Of a stretch of 64,000 nt of DNA, positions 1 through 9,366 are shown piece after piece; position 1 is the first letter of the stretch; every line of letters begins with the position of its first letter. The notes beneath the pieces were generated by a model. It was not told the DNA's origin. It did not search any database and was given only the letters and a program-made list of their open reading frames with translations. The position numbers and the translations under genes are program-made. The stretch is taken from the NCBI GenBank assembly GCA_946183085.1, contig CAMGZU010000001.1, positions 3,727 through 67,726 on the forward strand, in the 5' to 3' direction. Origin of the DNA: an uncultured Erysipelotrichaceae bacterium (GTDB taxonomy: Bacteria > Bacillota_I > Bacilli_A > RFN20 > CAG-826).

Positions 1-567
1 AAGAACTTCCGCCGCTGCAAAGGATTAAGCCTCGAAAACGTTTCGCTCCCCAATGCCTTAGAGACCTTATGGGCTTGCGAAGACGTCAGCTTGCGGAACG
101 TCAAAGCCAAAGGCGATTACCTCGCCATGAATGCAAAGAATATGACCATTGAGCACCTTGAGCTCGATGGCAACTATCCTTTCGATGGCGCGAAAAACGT
201 CACGATCCGCCATAGCGTTCTCCACTCCAAAGATTCCTTCTGGAACAGCGGGAACATCGTCCTCGAAGACTGCGTGATCGAGGGGGAGTATTTTGGCTGG
301 AACTCCATAAACATCACCCTCATCAACTGCACCGTCTCTTCCCTCCAAGGCTTCTGCTACATGGAAGGCCTCACCCTTAAAGGGTGCAAACTCAAGGGGA
401 CCTCGCTTTCCTTTGAATATTGCAAAGACATCGACGCCGAGATCCTCGACGAAGTCGATTCGATCAAGAACCCGATTTCGGGGAGAATCGTCGCCAAAGG
501 GTGTGGCGAATTGATCCTCGAAGAAACGAAGATCGACCCCAGCAAAACGGAGATCATTCTCGGATGA
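1..567 (+). CDS. DUF3737-family beta-helix repeat protein, 5'-truncated by the window edge
   Basis: Frame 1 is open from nt 1, upstream of the listed ORF at 91. The C-terminal string NVTIRHSVLHSKDSFWNS..GEYFGWNS..CYMEGL..IKNPISGRI matches my memory of DUF3737 proteins. The stop overlaps the next ATG (ATGA at 564-567). Confidence 0.7.
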   Translation, partial: KNFRRCKGLSLENVSLPNALETLWACEDVSLRNVKAKGDYLAMNAKNMTIEHLELDGNYPFDGAKNVTIRHSVLHSKDSFWNSGNIVLEDCVIEGEYFGWNSINITLINCTVSSLQGFCYMEGLTLKGCKLKGTSLSFEYCKDIDAEILDEVDSIKNPISGRIVAKGCGELILEETKIDPSKTEIILG

Positions 568-1739
568 AATACGATTTCGATACCCCGATTTCCAGGCGGA
601 ACACCGGTTCCTATAAGTGGGACGTCGCCAAAGAAAACGAGCTTCCGATGTGGGTGGCCGACATGGATTTCCCCGTCGCCCCCAAAATCACCGAGGCCCT
701 TTTTAAGCGCGTCGCCCACCCGATCTATGGCTATCAAAGCGAAGCGCTTCCTTGGAAGCAAAGCTACATCAAGTTCTGGGAACGCCGTTATGATTTTCGT
801 TTCAGCGAAGAGGAGATGGCTTTCGCCACCGGCGTCGTCCCCACGCTTTCTAGCGCCGTCCGCAAACTCGCCAAAGCAAACGGCAAAGTCCTCATTATGA
901 CGCCGGTCTATAACATCTTCTTCAACTCGATCGTCAATAACGGGAGGACCCCTTCTTGCTCGGAACTCCTCTATGATGGCGAAAAATACTCCATCGATTT
1001 CGAAGATCTCGAAAAGAGAATGGGAGACCCCGAATGCTCTTTGATGATCCTCTGCAACCCACAAAATCCCGTGGGTAGACTCTATGGCAAAGAAGAATTG
1101 GCCAAGATTGGCGAACTCGCCAAAAAGCATGGCGTCATCGTTGTTTCCGACGAAATCCATGGCCCGATCAGCGAGCCGGGAACGCGTTACATCCCCTTCG
1201 CCTCCGTCAATGAGGTGAACCGGATGAATTCCATCACCGCGATCGCCCCGACCAAAGCCTTCAATCTTGCGGGCGTCCAAACCAGCGCGGTCGTTATCCC
1301 GAACGAAGAAATCCGCAAGGCCTTCTTGCGCCAGCTCAACACCGACGAATGCGCAGAGCCTAACGTCTTCTCCCTCCCTGCCGCAATCTCCGCCTTTGAG
1401 GAAAGCGAGGATTGGTTAGAAGAGTTAAACCAAGTGATCGCCAGGAACCGCAAAATCACCGAGAGTTTCGTCAAAGACAATATCCCCGACATCAAGGTCA
1501 TCCATGGCCAAGCGACGTATCTGCTTTGGCTCGACGTCTCCAAACTAGGCGAAGGCGAAGCCTTTGCTTCCTTCTTAAAAGAAGAGACCGGCCTCATCGT
1601 GAACCCCGGCCCCGAATATGGAAAAGGCGGCGAGCACTTCATCCGTCTGAACGTCGCCTGCCCCCTTTCGAGGCTTCAAGATGGCCTCAATCGTTTGAAA
1701 AACGGGGCAATCGCATACAAAAAGAAACAAAACGCTTGA
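564..1739 (+). CDS. PatB/MalY-type PLP-dependent C-S lyase (class I/II aminotransferase fold)
   Basis: MKYDFDTPISRRNTGSYKWDV is the typical PatB/MalY N-terminus. The ATG at 564 is in frame with the listed 420..1739 ORF, whose TTG start lies inside the previous gene. Confidence 0.85.
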   Translation: MKYDFDTPISRRNTGSYKWDVAKENELPMWVADMDFPVAPKITEALFKRVAHPIYGYQSEALPWKQSYIKFWERRYDFRFSEEEMAFATGVVPTLSSAVRKLAKANGKVLIMTPVYNIFFNSIVNNGRTPSCSELLYDGEKYSIDFEDLEKRMGDPECSLMILCNPQNPVGRLYGKEELAKIGELAKKHGVIVVSDEIHGPISEPGTRYIPFASVNEVNRMNSITAIAPTKAFNLAGVQTSAVVIPNEEIRKAFLRQLNTDECAEPNVFSLPAAISAFEESEDWLEELNQVIARNRKITESFVKDNIPDIKVIHGQATYLLWLDVSKLGEGEAFASFLKEETGLIVNPGPEYGKGGEHFIRLNVACPLSRLQDGLNRLKNGAIAYKKKQNA

Positions 1740-1869
1740 TTTCCATCCCCAAATGGGGATAATAGTCGCTGTCGATAAGACGTAGAAAGCAGTTTTCCAT
1801 CCCGAAAGCTCGCCAGATTCCCCTAGGGAATTGGCCCCTGTACTACTCAAACATCAAGCAAGTACAATC

Positions 1870-1900
1870 ACCGGATGGAGCATGCCTTCATCCGGTTTTA
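1870..1900 (+). promoter_or_regulatory. Attenuator/terminator-like hairpin just upstream of the infC RBS (candidate L20-leader type element)
   Basis: An 8-bp stem ACCGGATG (1870-1877) pairs with CATCCGGT (1889-1896) around an 11-nt loop, followed by TTTTATT. It sits between patB and the infC SD. In Firmicutes, infC-rpmI-rplT is controlled by an L20-binding leader that ends in a terminator. Confidence 0.4.
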
Positions 1901-1920
1901 TTGATAAGGAGGATTCCACT

Positions 1921-2469
1921 ATCGCTTACTTCAAAGACCGTTCTCGCCCCGAGAAAAGATTCGACCCCATCAACGAGCACATCCGCTACCCGGAAGTCCT
2001 TGTCATTGGACCCAATGGCGAATCTCTCGGCAAGATGTCATCGCAAGAGGCCAACCGCCTCGCGATGAGCTATGACCTCGACCTTTACTGCGTCGCCCCC
2101 AACGCCAACCCGCCAGTGTGCAAGATCTTGAACTATGGCAAGTTCCGCTTCGAACAACAGAAGCAGGCGAAAGCCAACAAGCGCAATCAGCACGTCGTTG
2201 AGACGAAACAGGTCCAGCTCCACTTGAACATCGGCCAGCACGACCTTGAAACCAAGGCTCGCCACGCCAGAGAGTTCATCGAAGACGGGAACAAAGTCCA
2301 AATCTGCGTCGTCCTCAAAGGCCGCGAAATGGCCCATAAGGAACTCGGCGAAGATCTATTGAATAAGTTCGTCGACATCCTCTCCGACATCGCAAGTTCC
2401 GACAAGCCCGCCGCTTGGCAGGGCAAATGGTACAGCGTTGTCGTCGCCCCGAAAGCGAAGAAACAATAA
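1921..2469 (+). CDS. infC: Translation initiation factor IF-3
   Basis: INEHIRYPEVLVIGPNGESLG...KQVQLHLNIGQHDLETKARHAREFIEDGNKVQ is clear IF-3. The proposed start is ATC at 1921, 8 nt after the SD AAGGAGG (1906-1912); IF-3 genes commonly use AUU/AUC/AUA. An in-frame ATG at 1882 (no usable SD, inside the hairpin loop) is the alternative. Confidence 0.85.
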   Translation: MAYFKDRSRPEKRFDPINEHIRYPEVLVIGPNGESLGKMSSQEANRLAMSYDLDLYCVAPNANPPVCKILNYGKFRFEQQKQAKANKRNQHVVETKQVQLHLNIGQHDLETKARHAREFIEDGNKVQICVVLKGREMAHKELGEDLLNKFVDILSDIASSDKPAAWQGKWYSVVVAPKAKKQ

Positions 2470-2481
2470 AGGAGAAAGACT

Positions 2482-2676
2482 ATGCCCAAAATGAAGTCGA
2501 AACGCGCTTTGATGAAGCGCATCAAAGTGACTGGCTCCGGCCAGATCAAGAGGAAGCACGCCTACAAAGGCCACCTCGCCCCGAACAAAACCCACAAACA
2601 GAAGAGACAGCTCCGCAAGGCTGGCCTCGTCGACAAGACGGACTACAAGAGAATCCGCTTGGTCATCTCGAAGTAA
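2482..2676 (+). CDS. rpmI: 50S ribosomal protein L35
   Basis: MPKMKSKRALMKRIKVTGSGQIKRKHAYKGHL is the L35 signature. It has an SD AAGGAG upstream and the expected position between infC and rplT. Confidence 0.95.
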   Translation: MPKMKSKRALMKRIKVTGSGQIKRKHAYKGHLAPNKTHKQKRQLRKAGLVDKTDYKRIRLVISK

Positions 2677-2694
2677 TAGGAGGAAAGAAACACC

Positions 2695-3051
2695 ATGGCT
2701 AGAGTTAAAGGTGGCACCGTTACCCGTGCCCGCAGGAAGAGAATCCTTAAGGAAGCGGAAGGTTACTTCGGTTCGAAGCATCTTCTCTTCAAGACCGCCA
2801 AAGAGCAGGTCCTCCACTCCTATCGCTACGCTTACATCTCCCGCCGCTTGATCAAGCGCGACTTCCGTAAGCTCTGGATCCGCCGCATCAACGCGGCCTG
2901 CCGTCTCAACGACATCAGCTATTCCAAATTCATGGATGGCCTCAAGAAGAGCGGCATCGCGATCAACCGCAAGATGCTCTCCGAGCTCGCCATCAACGAC
3001 GCGAAGGCCTTCACCTCCCTCGTTGAGAGTGCGAAGAAAGCTTCCAAGTAA
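2695..3051 (+). CDS. rplT: 50S ribosomal protein L20
   Basis: [26 protein letters not shown]...YRYAYISRR is the L20 signature. Confidence 0.95.
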   Translation: MARVKGGTVTRARRKRILKEAEGYFGSKHLLFKTAKEQVLHSYRYAYISRRLIKRDFRKLWIRRINAACRLNDISYSKFMDGLKKSGIAINRKMLSELAINDAKAFTSLVESAKKASK

Positions 3052-3065
3052 GCAAAACCAAACGC

Positions 3066-3100
3066 AAAAAAGAGCAGCGCGCAAGCGTTGCTCTTTTTTC
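3066..3100 (+). terminator. Intrinsic terminator after rplT
   Basis: AGAGCAGCGC..GCGTTGCTCT forms a stem with one mismatch, followed by TTTTTT. Confidence 0.7.
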
Positions 3101-3177
3101 GTCTCCAATGTTACGAAAACGAATCTATACAGTGTACAAATGAGACCGATTATCTATGATGGTGACGGGATAATTGT

Positions 3178-3681
3178 TTAGTCAATCACGTGGACTTTGT
3201 TTGCGAGATAACGGATGACCGGCTCTTTCTTTTTGGCGGGGTAGCCAAGGCAGATGAGCCCAAAGGGAGCAAGGCCAGCTTTGATGTCGAGGGCAAGGGC
3301 AAGATCGCGGACCCTCTCTTCTTTCGGCGCGGCGCCAAGATAAACGGCGCCTAAGCCTTGGGCGTGGGCCTCAAGGAGCGCGTTTTCGCTCGCCATCGCG
3401 CAATCAATGTCCGAGAAGGAATTGGATTTGAGGTTCTTGATGTCTTTGCAGACCACGAGGAGGACGCTACATTCCTTCGCCGGTCCCCAATATGGGGTGA
3501 TCGCGGCGATCTCGCCTTTGAGGAAGGAATCCTTAACAACGAAGAATTCCCAAGGCTGTTGGTTGAGGGCGCTCGGGGCTTGCATGGCGGCCCTAAGGAT
3601 CGCGGTGATCTTCTCGTCTTCGACGGGGGTAGGCAAGAAATCACGGCAGCTGGTACGGCTTAAGATGATGTCGTCTTTCAT
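3178..3681 (-). CDS. Nitroreductase family protein
   Basis: SCRDFLPTPVEDEKITAILRAAMQAPSALNQQPWEFFVV is the typical nitroreductase N-terminal motif. Its start overlaps the thiI stop (ATGA). Confidence 0.85.
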   Translation of the reverse strand: MKDDIILSRTSCRDFLPTPVEDEKITAILRAAMQAPSALNQQPWEFFVVKDSFLKGEIAAITPYWGPAKECSVLLVVCKDIKNLKSNSFSDIDCAMASENALLEAHAQGLGAVYLGAAPKEERVRDLALALDIKAGLAPFGLICLGYPAKKKEPVIRYLANKVHVID

Positions 3682-4871
3682 AAGGCTTCTCCTTCTTCAA
3701 CTTTTTCTATGCCATCTTCCATGAGGATCGAAGTGATGGAAGAAACGCATTCATCGACTTGTGAGGCCCAATCCCACTTCTTCTCGAAGAATTCGCATTC
3801 CTCGATCTTCGGCTTGGTCTTGGGTTTCTTCGGCTTGAAGATCGTGCAGCAATCTTCATAGGGACGGATGGAGATCTCGTAGGTCCCGATCCGCCTGGCG
3901 GTGTTCATGATGCTCACCTTATCCTCAACCGCCAAAGGGCGCAAGATGGGGAAATTGGTGACGTCATTGATCGTCTGGATGGAAACGAGGGTCTGCGAAG
4001 CGACTTGGCCGATCGATTCGCCCGTCGCAAGAGCGAGGGCCCGGCACTTCTTTGCTACTTTAGTAGCAATGCGGAGCATCATCCTCCGCATGATCGTGAT
4101 GCAATAGGGTTCGGCGACGTATTTGTAGATCGCTTCCTGGAGTTTGGTGAAAGCAACGACGTTGATTTTGATTTTGGGCTGATAGACGTTAAGCACGCCG
4201 ATCAGATCCTTGAGCTTATCGATGACCGCTTCCGAGGTATAAGGGGGCGCGGCGAAATGGATGCATTCGACCTTGATGCCCCTTCTTAGAAGCGAATAAG
4301 CGGCGACCGGGCTATCGATGCCACCGGAAAGCAAAAGCAAGACTTTGCCATTCATCCCTAAGGGATAGCCACCGCATCCTGGATATTCGTGGGCGTAGAC
4401 GTAAGCGGAGCTTTCCGCGATCTCGACGTGGATGGTGACGTCGGGATTATGGACGTCGACCGCATAAGAGGAATTCTCCAAGATGTGATCGGCGACTTTG
4501 ACGCAGATCTCGTACGACTTCAAAGGGAAGAGTTTGTCGATGCGTTTGGTCTCGATTTTAAAGGTCTTGCCGTTTTCTTTTTTGGCGAGCTCCAAGGCGA
4601 GTTCGGCGATCTTATCGATGTCTTTTTCAACCGGCAAAACCAAAGAGATCCTTTGGATGCCCGAGACTTCTTGAAGGCGGGAGAGGACCGCTTCTTCGTC
4701 TTCTTCGTTAAGACCGACGAAAATATGGTCGTGGGTAACCTGGAAGGTTAAAGAAGGGAAATCCTTTAAGGCATGACGGACGTTTTTGCCTAAGGATTGG
4801 ATGAATTGCTTTTTGTTGTCGCCTTTGGTCGAAAGCTCGCCAAAGCGGATCATGAAATGTTTGCCGGTCAT
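3678..4871 (-). CDS. thiI: tRNA 4-thiouridine(8) synthase ThiI (no rhodanese domain)
   Basis: FMIRFGELSTKGDNKKQF matches the THUMP region and LLLSGGIDSPVAAY is the PP-loop. At 397 aa it corresponds to the short Bacillus-type ThiI. Confidence 0.9.
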   Translation of the reverse strand: MTGKHFMIRFGELSTKGDNKKQFIQSLGKNVRHALKDFPSLTFQVTHDHIFVGLNEEDEEAVLSRLQEVSGIQRISLVLPVEKDIDKIAELALELAKKENGKTFKIETKRIDKLFPLKSYEICVKVADHILENSSYAVDVHNPDVTIHVEIAESSAYVYAHEYPGCGGYPLGMNGKVLLLLSGGIDSPVAAYSLLRRGIKVECIHFAAPPYTSEAVIDKLKDLIGVLNVYQPKIKINVVAFTKLQEAIYKYVAEPYCITIMRRMMLRIATKVAKKCRALALATGESIGQVASQTLVSIQTINDVTNFPILRPLAVEDKVSIMNTARRIGTYEISIRPYEDCCTIFKPKKPKTKPKIEECEFFEKKWDWASQVDECVSSITSILMEDGIEKVEEGEAL

Positions 4872-6001
4872 CGGGTTTTGACCTCCGTGAGGATTTGGGA
4901 GAGGGTTTGGAGGAAGGTTTCCACTTCTTCCACGGTGTTACTGGGCGAGAAAGAGACGCGGATCGCGTTATCGGCCCTTCCTTCGTCATAGCCCATGCAA
5001 AGGAGTGTTTCCGAAGGATCGACTTTCTTTTCGTCGCAAGCCGAATGCGAAGAGACGTAGATTTCTTTTTCGCTCAAGGCTTCTAGGATAACCGAAGCTT
5101 TGTGTTTCAAAAGCGAGAAATTCACCAAGAATGGCGTATGGTCCTTCGGGGAATTGATGGCGAGAAGCGGGTTCTCTTTCAATCCTTTTTCCAAGGCGCT
5201 CATCAATTCTTTCGCCTTCGCCTTATGGGCAGGAAGCTCTTTTAAGGCTTCTTCAAGCGCCAAAGACATCGCGTAAGCCCCTGGCATATCGACGGTGCCA
5301 GAGCGGTAGCCGTATTCTTGATCGCCCCCCGAAGCAAGCGGGAGGAATTTGATGGTCTTCTTGTAGCAAAGCGCCCCATTGCCTTTTAGCCCGCCGAATT
5401 TGTGGCCGGAGAAGGTCAGCAAATCCGCGCAAGAATACTCAAATGCCTCTTTGCCGATCGCTTGGGTGGCATCGACATGGAAATAGGCCTTGGGGTATTG
5501 ATGGACGATCGAGGCAAGAGTCTTCACGTCATTGATGGAGCCGATTTCGTTATTGACCGCCATAAGCGAGACGAGGATGGTTTGGCTGTCCATCGCCTTC
5601 TTCAGTTCTTCTATGTCCACCTTCCCTTCCGAATTGACGGGGAGATAGACCACTTCAAAGCCAAATTGGTCTTGGAGTTCTTTGAGCGCATTTTTGACAG
5701 AGCTATGCTCGGCCAGACAAGAGACGATTTTTTTGCCGCGGCTCGCGTATTGGAAAGCAACGCCCTTCAAGGCGAGGTTATTGGCTTCGGTCGCTCCGGA
5801 AGTAAAAAGGATCGAATGGGTTTTCTCCAACCTTAAGGCTTTGAGAATCCTCTTCCTCGCTTCTTCCAAATAGCGGTTCGCTTCTCTTCCCGCCTTATGG
5901 GGCGAGGAGGCGTTGGCAAAAGAAAGCTCGGCGAGCTTGGCGTAACTATCCAAAGCAAGCCGCGTTGGTTTGCTGGAGGCGGCGTTATCGAGATAAATCA
6001 T
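4868..6001 (-). CDS. Cysteine desulfurase (NifS/NifZ/IscS family), partner of ThiI
   Basis: MIYLDNAASSKP.., SGHKFGGLKG (PLP lysine) and SSHSACD (active-site Cys loop) are present. It overlaps the thiI start, as in the Bacillus nifZ-thiI pair. Confidence 0.9.
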   Translation of the reverse strand: MIYLDNAASSKPTRLALDSYAKLAELSFANASSPHKAGREANRYLEEARKRILKALRLEKTHSILFTSGATEANNLALKGVAFQYASRGKKIVSCLAEHSSVKNALKELQDQFGFEVVYLPVNSEGKVDIEELKKAMDSQTILVSLMAVNNEIGSINDVKTLASIVHQYPKAYFHVDATQAIGKEAFEYSCADLLTFSGHKFGGLKGNGALCYKKTIKFLPLASGGDQEYGYRSGTVDMPGAYAMSLALEEALKELPAHKAKAKELMSALEKGLKENPLLAINSPKDHTPFLVNFSLLKHKASVILEALSEKEIYVSSHSACDEKKVDPSETLLCMGYDEGRADNAIRVSFSPSNTVEEVETFLQTLSQILTEVKTR

Positions 6002-6004
6002 CCC

Positions 6005-7729
6005 TTATTCCCCTGCGTGGCGCCTTTTGAGCTCTTGAAGGGTCTCTTCGTAGCTCCTGGCGAAATCGCCAGAGAAATAGAGGCCTTCGGTCTGAAGCAA
6101 AAGCGTGTTCACTTCTCCGAAGTGATTGCGGTCGCGATTGGCGAAGACGATGGCCGCTTCCGCGAGCATCATCTCCTGCTGGTCGTGACGGATCGAGCGG
6201 ATCGTCTCTTCGCCACTCCCCTTGAGCTCCGCGACTTGCAGCGAAAGCGCGGTTAAGTCAATCGGGGTATGCGAAAGGATTTTGTAGGCGCGGTCGACCG
6301 TCTCGTAAAGCGAATCGATCATCGGGCCATAGCGGTTGTTGACGGATTCAAGATCGATTTGGCGGACCAAGATCTCCGCTTGGCGGAGTTCGGCATAGAA
6401 GTCGCGGATCGTCTTTAAGGCCGCTTCGGAATCCGATTTGAGGGAGAGAAGATAATGCTCGAAATCATCGATGGATTGATGGGTCTTCTCAGCCTCGTCG
6501 CGGAGTTGGTGCATGCGCTCCACCAAAAGGGTGAAAGGCTGGCGGGTTCCCGAATGGATCAAAGTATCCAAGCTGCGCTTCGTCGCGCCGGCTTTGTTGA
6601 TTTGGTTTTTGATGCCGTCAATGCGCGCCTGTTCGTCGCCTGTGATCACGAAGATGCGTTTGACGGAAGGGAGCGAGTTGCAGAGTTTGATGTATTTCTT
6701 CTCGATCTGCGATTCGGAGCGGTAGATGGACTCGCATTCCTCATCAAAGATGCGCTTGGCCTCTTTCTCTTTGTTGAAGCCTTCGAAGTAATCGTCGATT
6801 TCCGCGAGGATGCCGTCTAGCTCAGCTTGGACGTTGCGAAGGTCAAAGGCCTGCAACCGCTTGGTGATGTCAGCAAGGCGGGCTTTGATTTCTTCGAAAT
6901 CATCGTTGGTGATCAAGTGATGGAGCGGGTAGCCACTCCGCATCATCTCCTCGTAGCGGTTCTTAAGCGAAGCGAGCTTATCGGGGATGACGGTTTGGAT
7001 GGTCGTGCAGATGTTTGGAAGGTCTGGGAAGACTTTCGCAAGCTGCTCGATGACGGTTTGGATGGTCGGCAAAAGGTCGTTGGCGTCCTCATATTGGGCG
7101 CTTTCGACGTAGGCTTCGAACTTATTGAAGAGCTGTTCAATCTTGGCGAAGAGAGAATTAAAGCTCTCCGTCATCAAGGTGAGATCGGCTTGCTTGACGT
7201 AGTAATCCTGTTTGAGTTTGCGGAGCTTCTCCTTGAAAGCGAGGGAGGCTTGACGGCACTCCTCCTCCGGCTTAATGACGTTCATCAAGTCGTTGTTCAA
7301 AGCGTTGACCCTCGCGTCATATTCGGCGATCTGGGTTTTGACTTCGGGATAATAGGATTTGAGATCCTTCCATTTGCGGTCGCTCACGATGTCCTTGATC
7401 CGGTTGATGGAGGCGGTCATGGAGGCGTCGTCTTTGTCCTTGATCTCGCGATACCTCCTGGCGAAGGTCATGTGGATGTCGACGTAAAGGAGGTTGGTCC
7501 TCGCGATGATCTCAAGACGCTTGACGAACTGGGCGTCCTGGCCGAAGACCAAGGCGTGGAGGTATTCGAAGCGGCGGACCAATTCGCGGACTTGCTTTTT
7601 GGCGCGGAAATGACGGAAGAGGGTGAAATAAAGAATGGTCAAAACGCCGAGGATCGCGATGACGACGACTGCGACGATCGCGATGATTCCCGGCAGGTCA
7701 AGAAGTACGGTTGGGGCAAAATCTTTCAT
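6005..7729 (-). CDS. ezrA: Septation ring formation regulator EzrA
   Basis: It has an N-terminal TM (IIAIVAVVVIAILGVLTILYF), then RKKQVRELVRRFEYLH.. and about 540 aa of coiled coil typical of EzrA. I prefer the ATG at 7729 because an extended -10 (TGCTATACT) lies 8 nt upstream. The ORF-track start at 7762 lies upstream of that promoter. Confidence 0.85.
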   Translation of the reverse strand: MKDFAPTVLLDLPGIIAIVAVVVIAILGVLTILYFTLFRHFRAKKQVRELVRRFEYLHALVFGQDAQFVKRLEIIARTNLLYVDIHMTFARRYREIKDKDDASMTASINRIKDIVSDRKWKDLKSYYPEVKTQIAEYDARVNALNNDLMNVIKPEEECRQASLAFKEKLRKLKQDYYVKQADLTLMTESFNSLFAKIEQLFNKFEAYVESAQYEDANDLLPTIQTVIEQLAKVFPDLPNICTTIQTVIPDKLASLKNRYEEMMRSGYPLHHLITNDDFEEIKARLADITKRLQAFDLRNVQAELDGILAEIDDYFEGFNKEKEAKRIFDEECESIYRSESQIEKKYIKLCNSLPSVKRIFVITGDEQARIDGIKNQINKAGATKRSLDTLIHSGTRQPFTLLVERMHQLRDEAEKTHQSIDDFEHYLLSLKSDSEAALKTIRDFYAELRQAEILVRQIDLESVNNRYGPMIDSLYETVDRAYKILSHTPIDLTALSLQVAELKGSGEETIRSIRHDQQEMMLAEAAIVFANRDRNHFGEVNTLLLQTEGLYFSGDFARSYEETLQELKRRHAGE

Positions 7730-7737
7730 AATGCATG

Positions 7738-7746
7738 AGTATAGCA
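7738..7746 (-). promoter_or_regulatory. Extended -10 (TGCTATACT) for ezrA, 8 nt before the ATG
   Basis: The reverse complement of 7738-7746 reads TGCTATACT. There is no SD between it and the ATG at 7729. Confidence 0.4.
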
Positions 7747-7842
7747 CGCCCACGACGCGCATACGAGGTGCAACCGAATTTCCCTCTACTTTTCTTAAGA
7801 GAAAAAAGGAAGAATTTATATATCACTTTATATACTAGACTA

Positions 7843-7851
7843 TGCTATAAT
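7843..7851 (+). promoter_or_regulatory. Extended -10 (TGCTATAAT) upstream of the Fic-like gene
   Basis: TGCTATAAT lies at 7843-7851, followed by the SD GGAGG (about 7868) and the ATG at 7880. Confidence 0.4.
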
Positions 7852-7879
7852 AATCTCGATAGATTCTGGAGGTTTTCTC

Positions 7880-8617
7880 ATGATGAAATACGCGACGAAT
7901 TTTGAGATAAACAACAAGATGGTCACCCTCCTCTCCACCATCATGGAAGAGGTCGGAAGACTCGACGATCCCCACACGATGACCGCCCTAAGCTATGGCA
8001 AGGAGAAAGAGACTCTTCCTGACCCTTATGACTACGAAGCTTATGTCTCTTCCTTCCATGTAAACCGGAAGATCGGCCCCAATACGAAGCGGATGTTCCC
8101 CTGGCTCAAACGCCAAGAGAAAAAGCTTCATCCTCTATTTGCCGCCTCGGTCTATTGCTATTCGCTGATCGTCATGACGCCTTTGAAGGAAAAGGAATAC
8201 GAGAAGGCTTTCCTTTATATGAAGGGTTATCTCGCCGAATACCGCCCCATCTTCTCTTGTATCGCCATCCAGCCGGACGAAAAGATCGAAAAAGCCCTCG
8301 CCCAATCCTTGGAGAAGGGCGACATCGGCCCCTTCATCCTCTATTGCCTGAAGCTCATTCAAGACGCGATGGCCTTATCCTTAGAACAAACGACAGGCTT
8401 TGAAGGCAGAAAGACCCCTTGCATCCGCAAACTCCTTGACGTGATGCGGGCAGGAAGCGAATACTCCTCGAAGGCCATCATGGAAAAGCTTGGCCTAAAA
8501 AGCAGAGTCGCCGTCAAACGGAACTACTTGGAGCCTGCCTTAAAAGGCGGCTACATCGAGATGCTTCTCCCCAACAAACCCCACTCCCCCAACCAGCGTT
8601 ACCGCAAGAAAAAATGA
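7880..8617 (+). CDS. Fic/DOC-fold protein with a degenerate active-site motif and a C-terminal wHTH-like tail
   Basis: The Fic-like helices include HPLFAASVYCYSL. Where HPFxxGNGR is expected the sequence reads TPLKEKEYE (nt 8171-8206). The C-terminal ..LPNKPHSPNQRYRK resembles the PDKPNSxxQKYR tail common in Fic-family proteins. Confidence 0.6.
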   Translation: MMKYATNFEINNKMVTLLSTIMEEVGRLDDPHTMTALSYGKEKETLPDPYDYEAYVSSFHVNRKIGPNTKRMFPWLKRQEKKLHPLFAASVYCYSLIVMTPLKEKEYEKAFLYMKGYLAEYRPIFSCIAIQPDEKIEKALAQSLEKGDIGPFILYCLKLIQDAMALSLEQTTGFEGRKTPCIRKLLDVMRAGSEYSSKAIMEKLGLKSRVAVKRNYLEPALKGGYIEMLLPNKPHSPNQRYRKKK

Positions 8618-9357
8618 AAAAGAAAAGCAAGAAAGGCTGGATCATCGGATTCAGCATCACTGGCGTCCTTTCTCTCCTCGTCGGTGGTTTCTTCCTCTAT
8701 ACCTCCATCTATTACCACGCCGAAGAAGCCGCTTATTCCTACGAGAAAAGCGATGAATACGTCACTTTTCAAAAGGTGAATGACCTCGGCTTGTCTTTTG
8801 AGGCAAAAAATAGGAAGAGCGAAAACGTCTTCCTCTTCTATCCCGGGGCGAAGGTAGAAACTGACGCCTATGCGCCCCTAATGTATGAGCTCGCGAAAGA
8901 TGGTATCTCTTCTTTCCTTTTTGAAGCGCCCTTCCATCTCCAATTCTTCGACATCAATGAAGCCCTCAAGGCTTTTCCCCTTTATCCGGAAACCACTTCT
9001 TTTGTGATGGGCGGCCACTCTTTGGGCGGGGCCGTCATGCCCAAATTCGTTCAATCCCACCCCGAACGCATCAAAGGCATGGCGTTTCTAGCCTCCTATA
9101 CCGTCGATGATTTCTCTTCGAGCGACCTTTCATCCATCTCCATTTATGGAGAAAACGACAACGTCATGAAGAAAGACCGTTACGAAGACTGCAAAAAGAA
9201 CCTACCCGCGAAATCCGAAGAACACATCATCAAAGGCGGCAATCATGGGGGTTTTGCCAAATATGGCCATCAAAATGGCGATGGCGAGCTCCTCACGTTA
9301 ACCCAGATCGAAGAGAGTGCTTCTCTTCTGGCTTCTTTCGTGATCGACCTCGCGTAA
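8614..9357 (+). CDS. Alpha/beta hydrolase with an N-terminal membrane anchor
   Basis: It has an N-terminal TM (WIIGFSITGVLSLLVGGFFLY), a nucleophile elbow GGHSLGG and a late GGNHGGF motif. Its ATG overlaps the upstream stop. Confidence 0.75.
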   Translation: MKKKSKKGWIIGFSITGVLSLLVGGFFLYTSIYYHAEEAAYSYEKSDEYVTFQKVNDLGLSFEAKNRKSENVFLFYPGAKVETDAYAPLMYELAKDGISSFLFEAPFHLQFFDINEALKAFPLYPETTSFVMGGHSLGGAVMPKFVQSHPERIKGMAFLASYTVDDFSSSDLSSISIYGENDNVMKKDRYEDCKKNLPAKSEEHIIKGGNHGGFAKYGHQNGDGELLTLTQIEESASLLASFVIDLA

Positions 9358-9366
9358 AGAAAACTC

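Noticed and set aside
7730-7762. The longer N-terminal extensions offered by the ORF track for ezrA (7762), the TetR gene (20409, TTG), coaX (24672), fruR (37492), the ATPase (41820), glgC (46055), the 549-aa ORF (27214) and the TIR gene (28968).
   Set aside because: In each case a downstream ATG has a proper SD or a -10 element immediately upstream and yields the family-typical N-terminus. The extensions would run through promoters or terminators.
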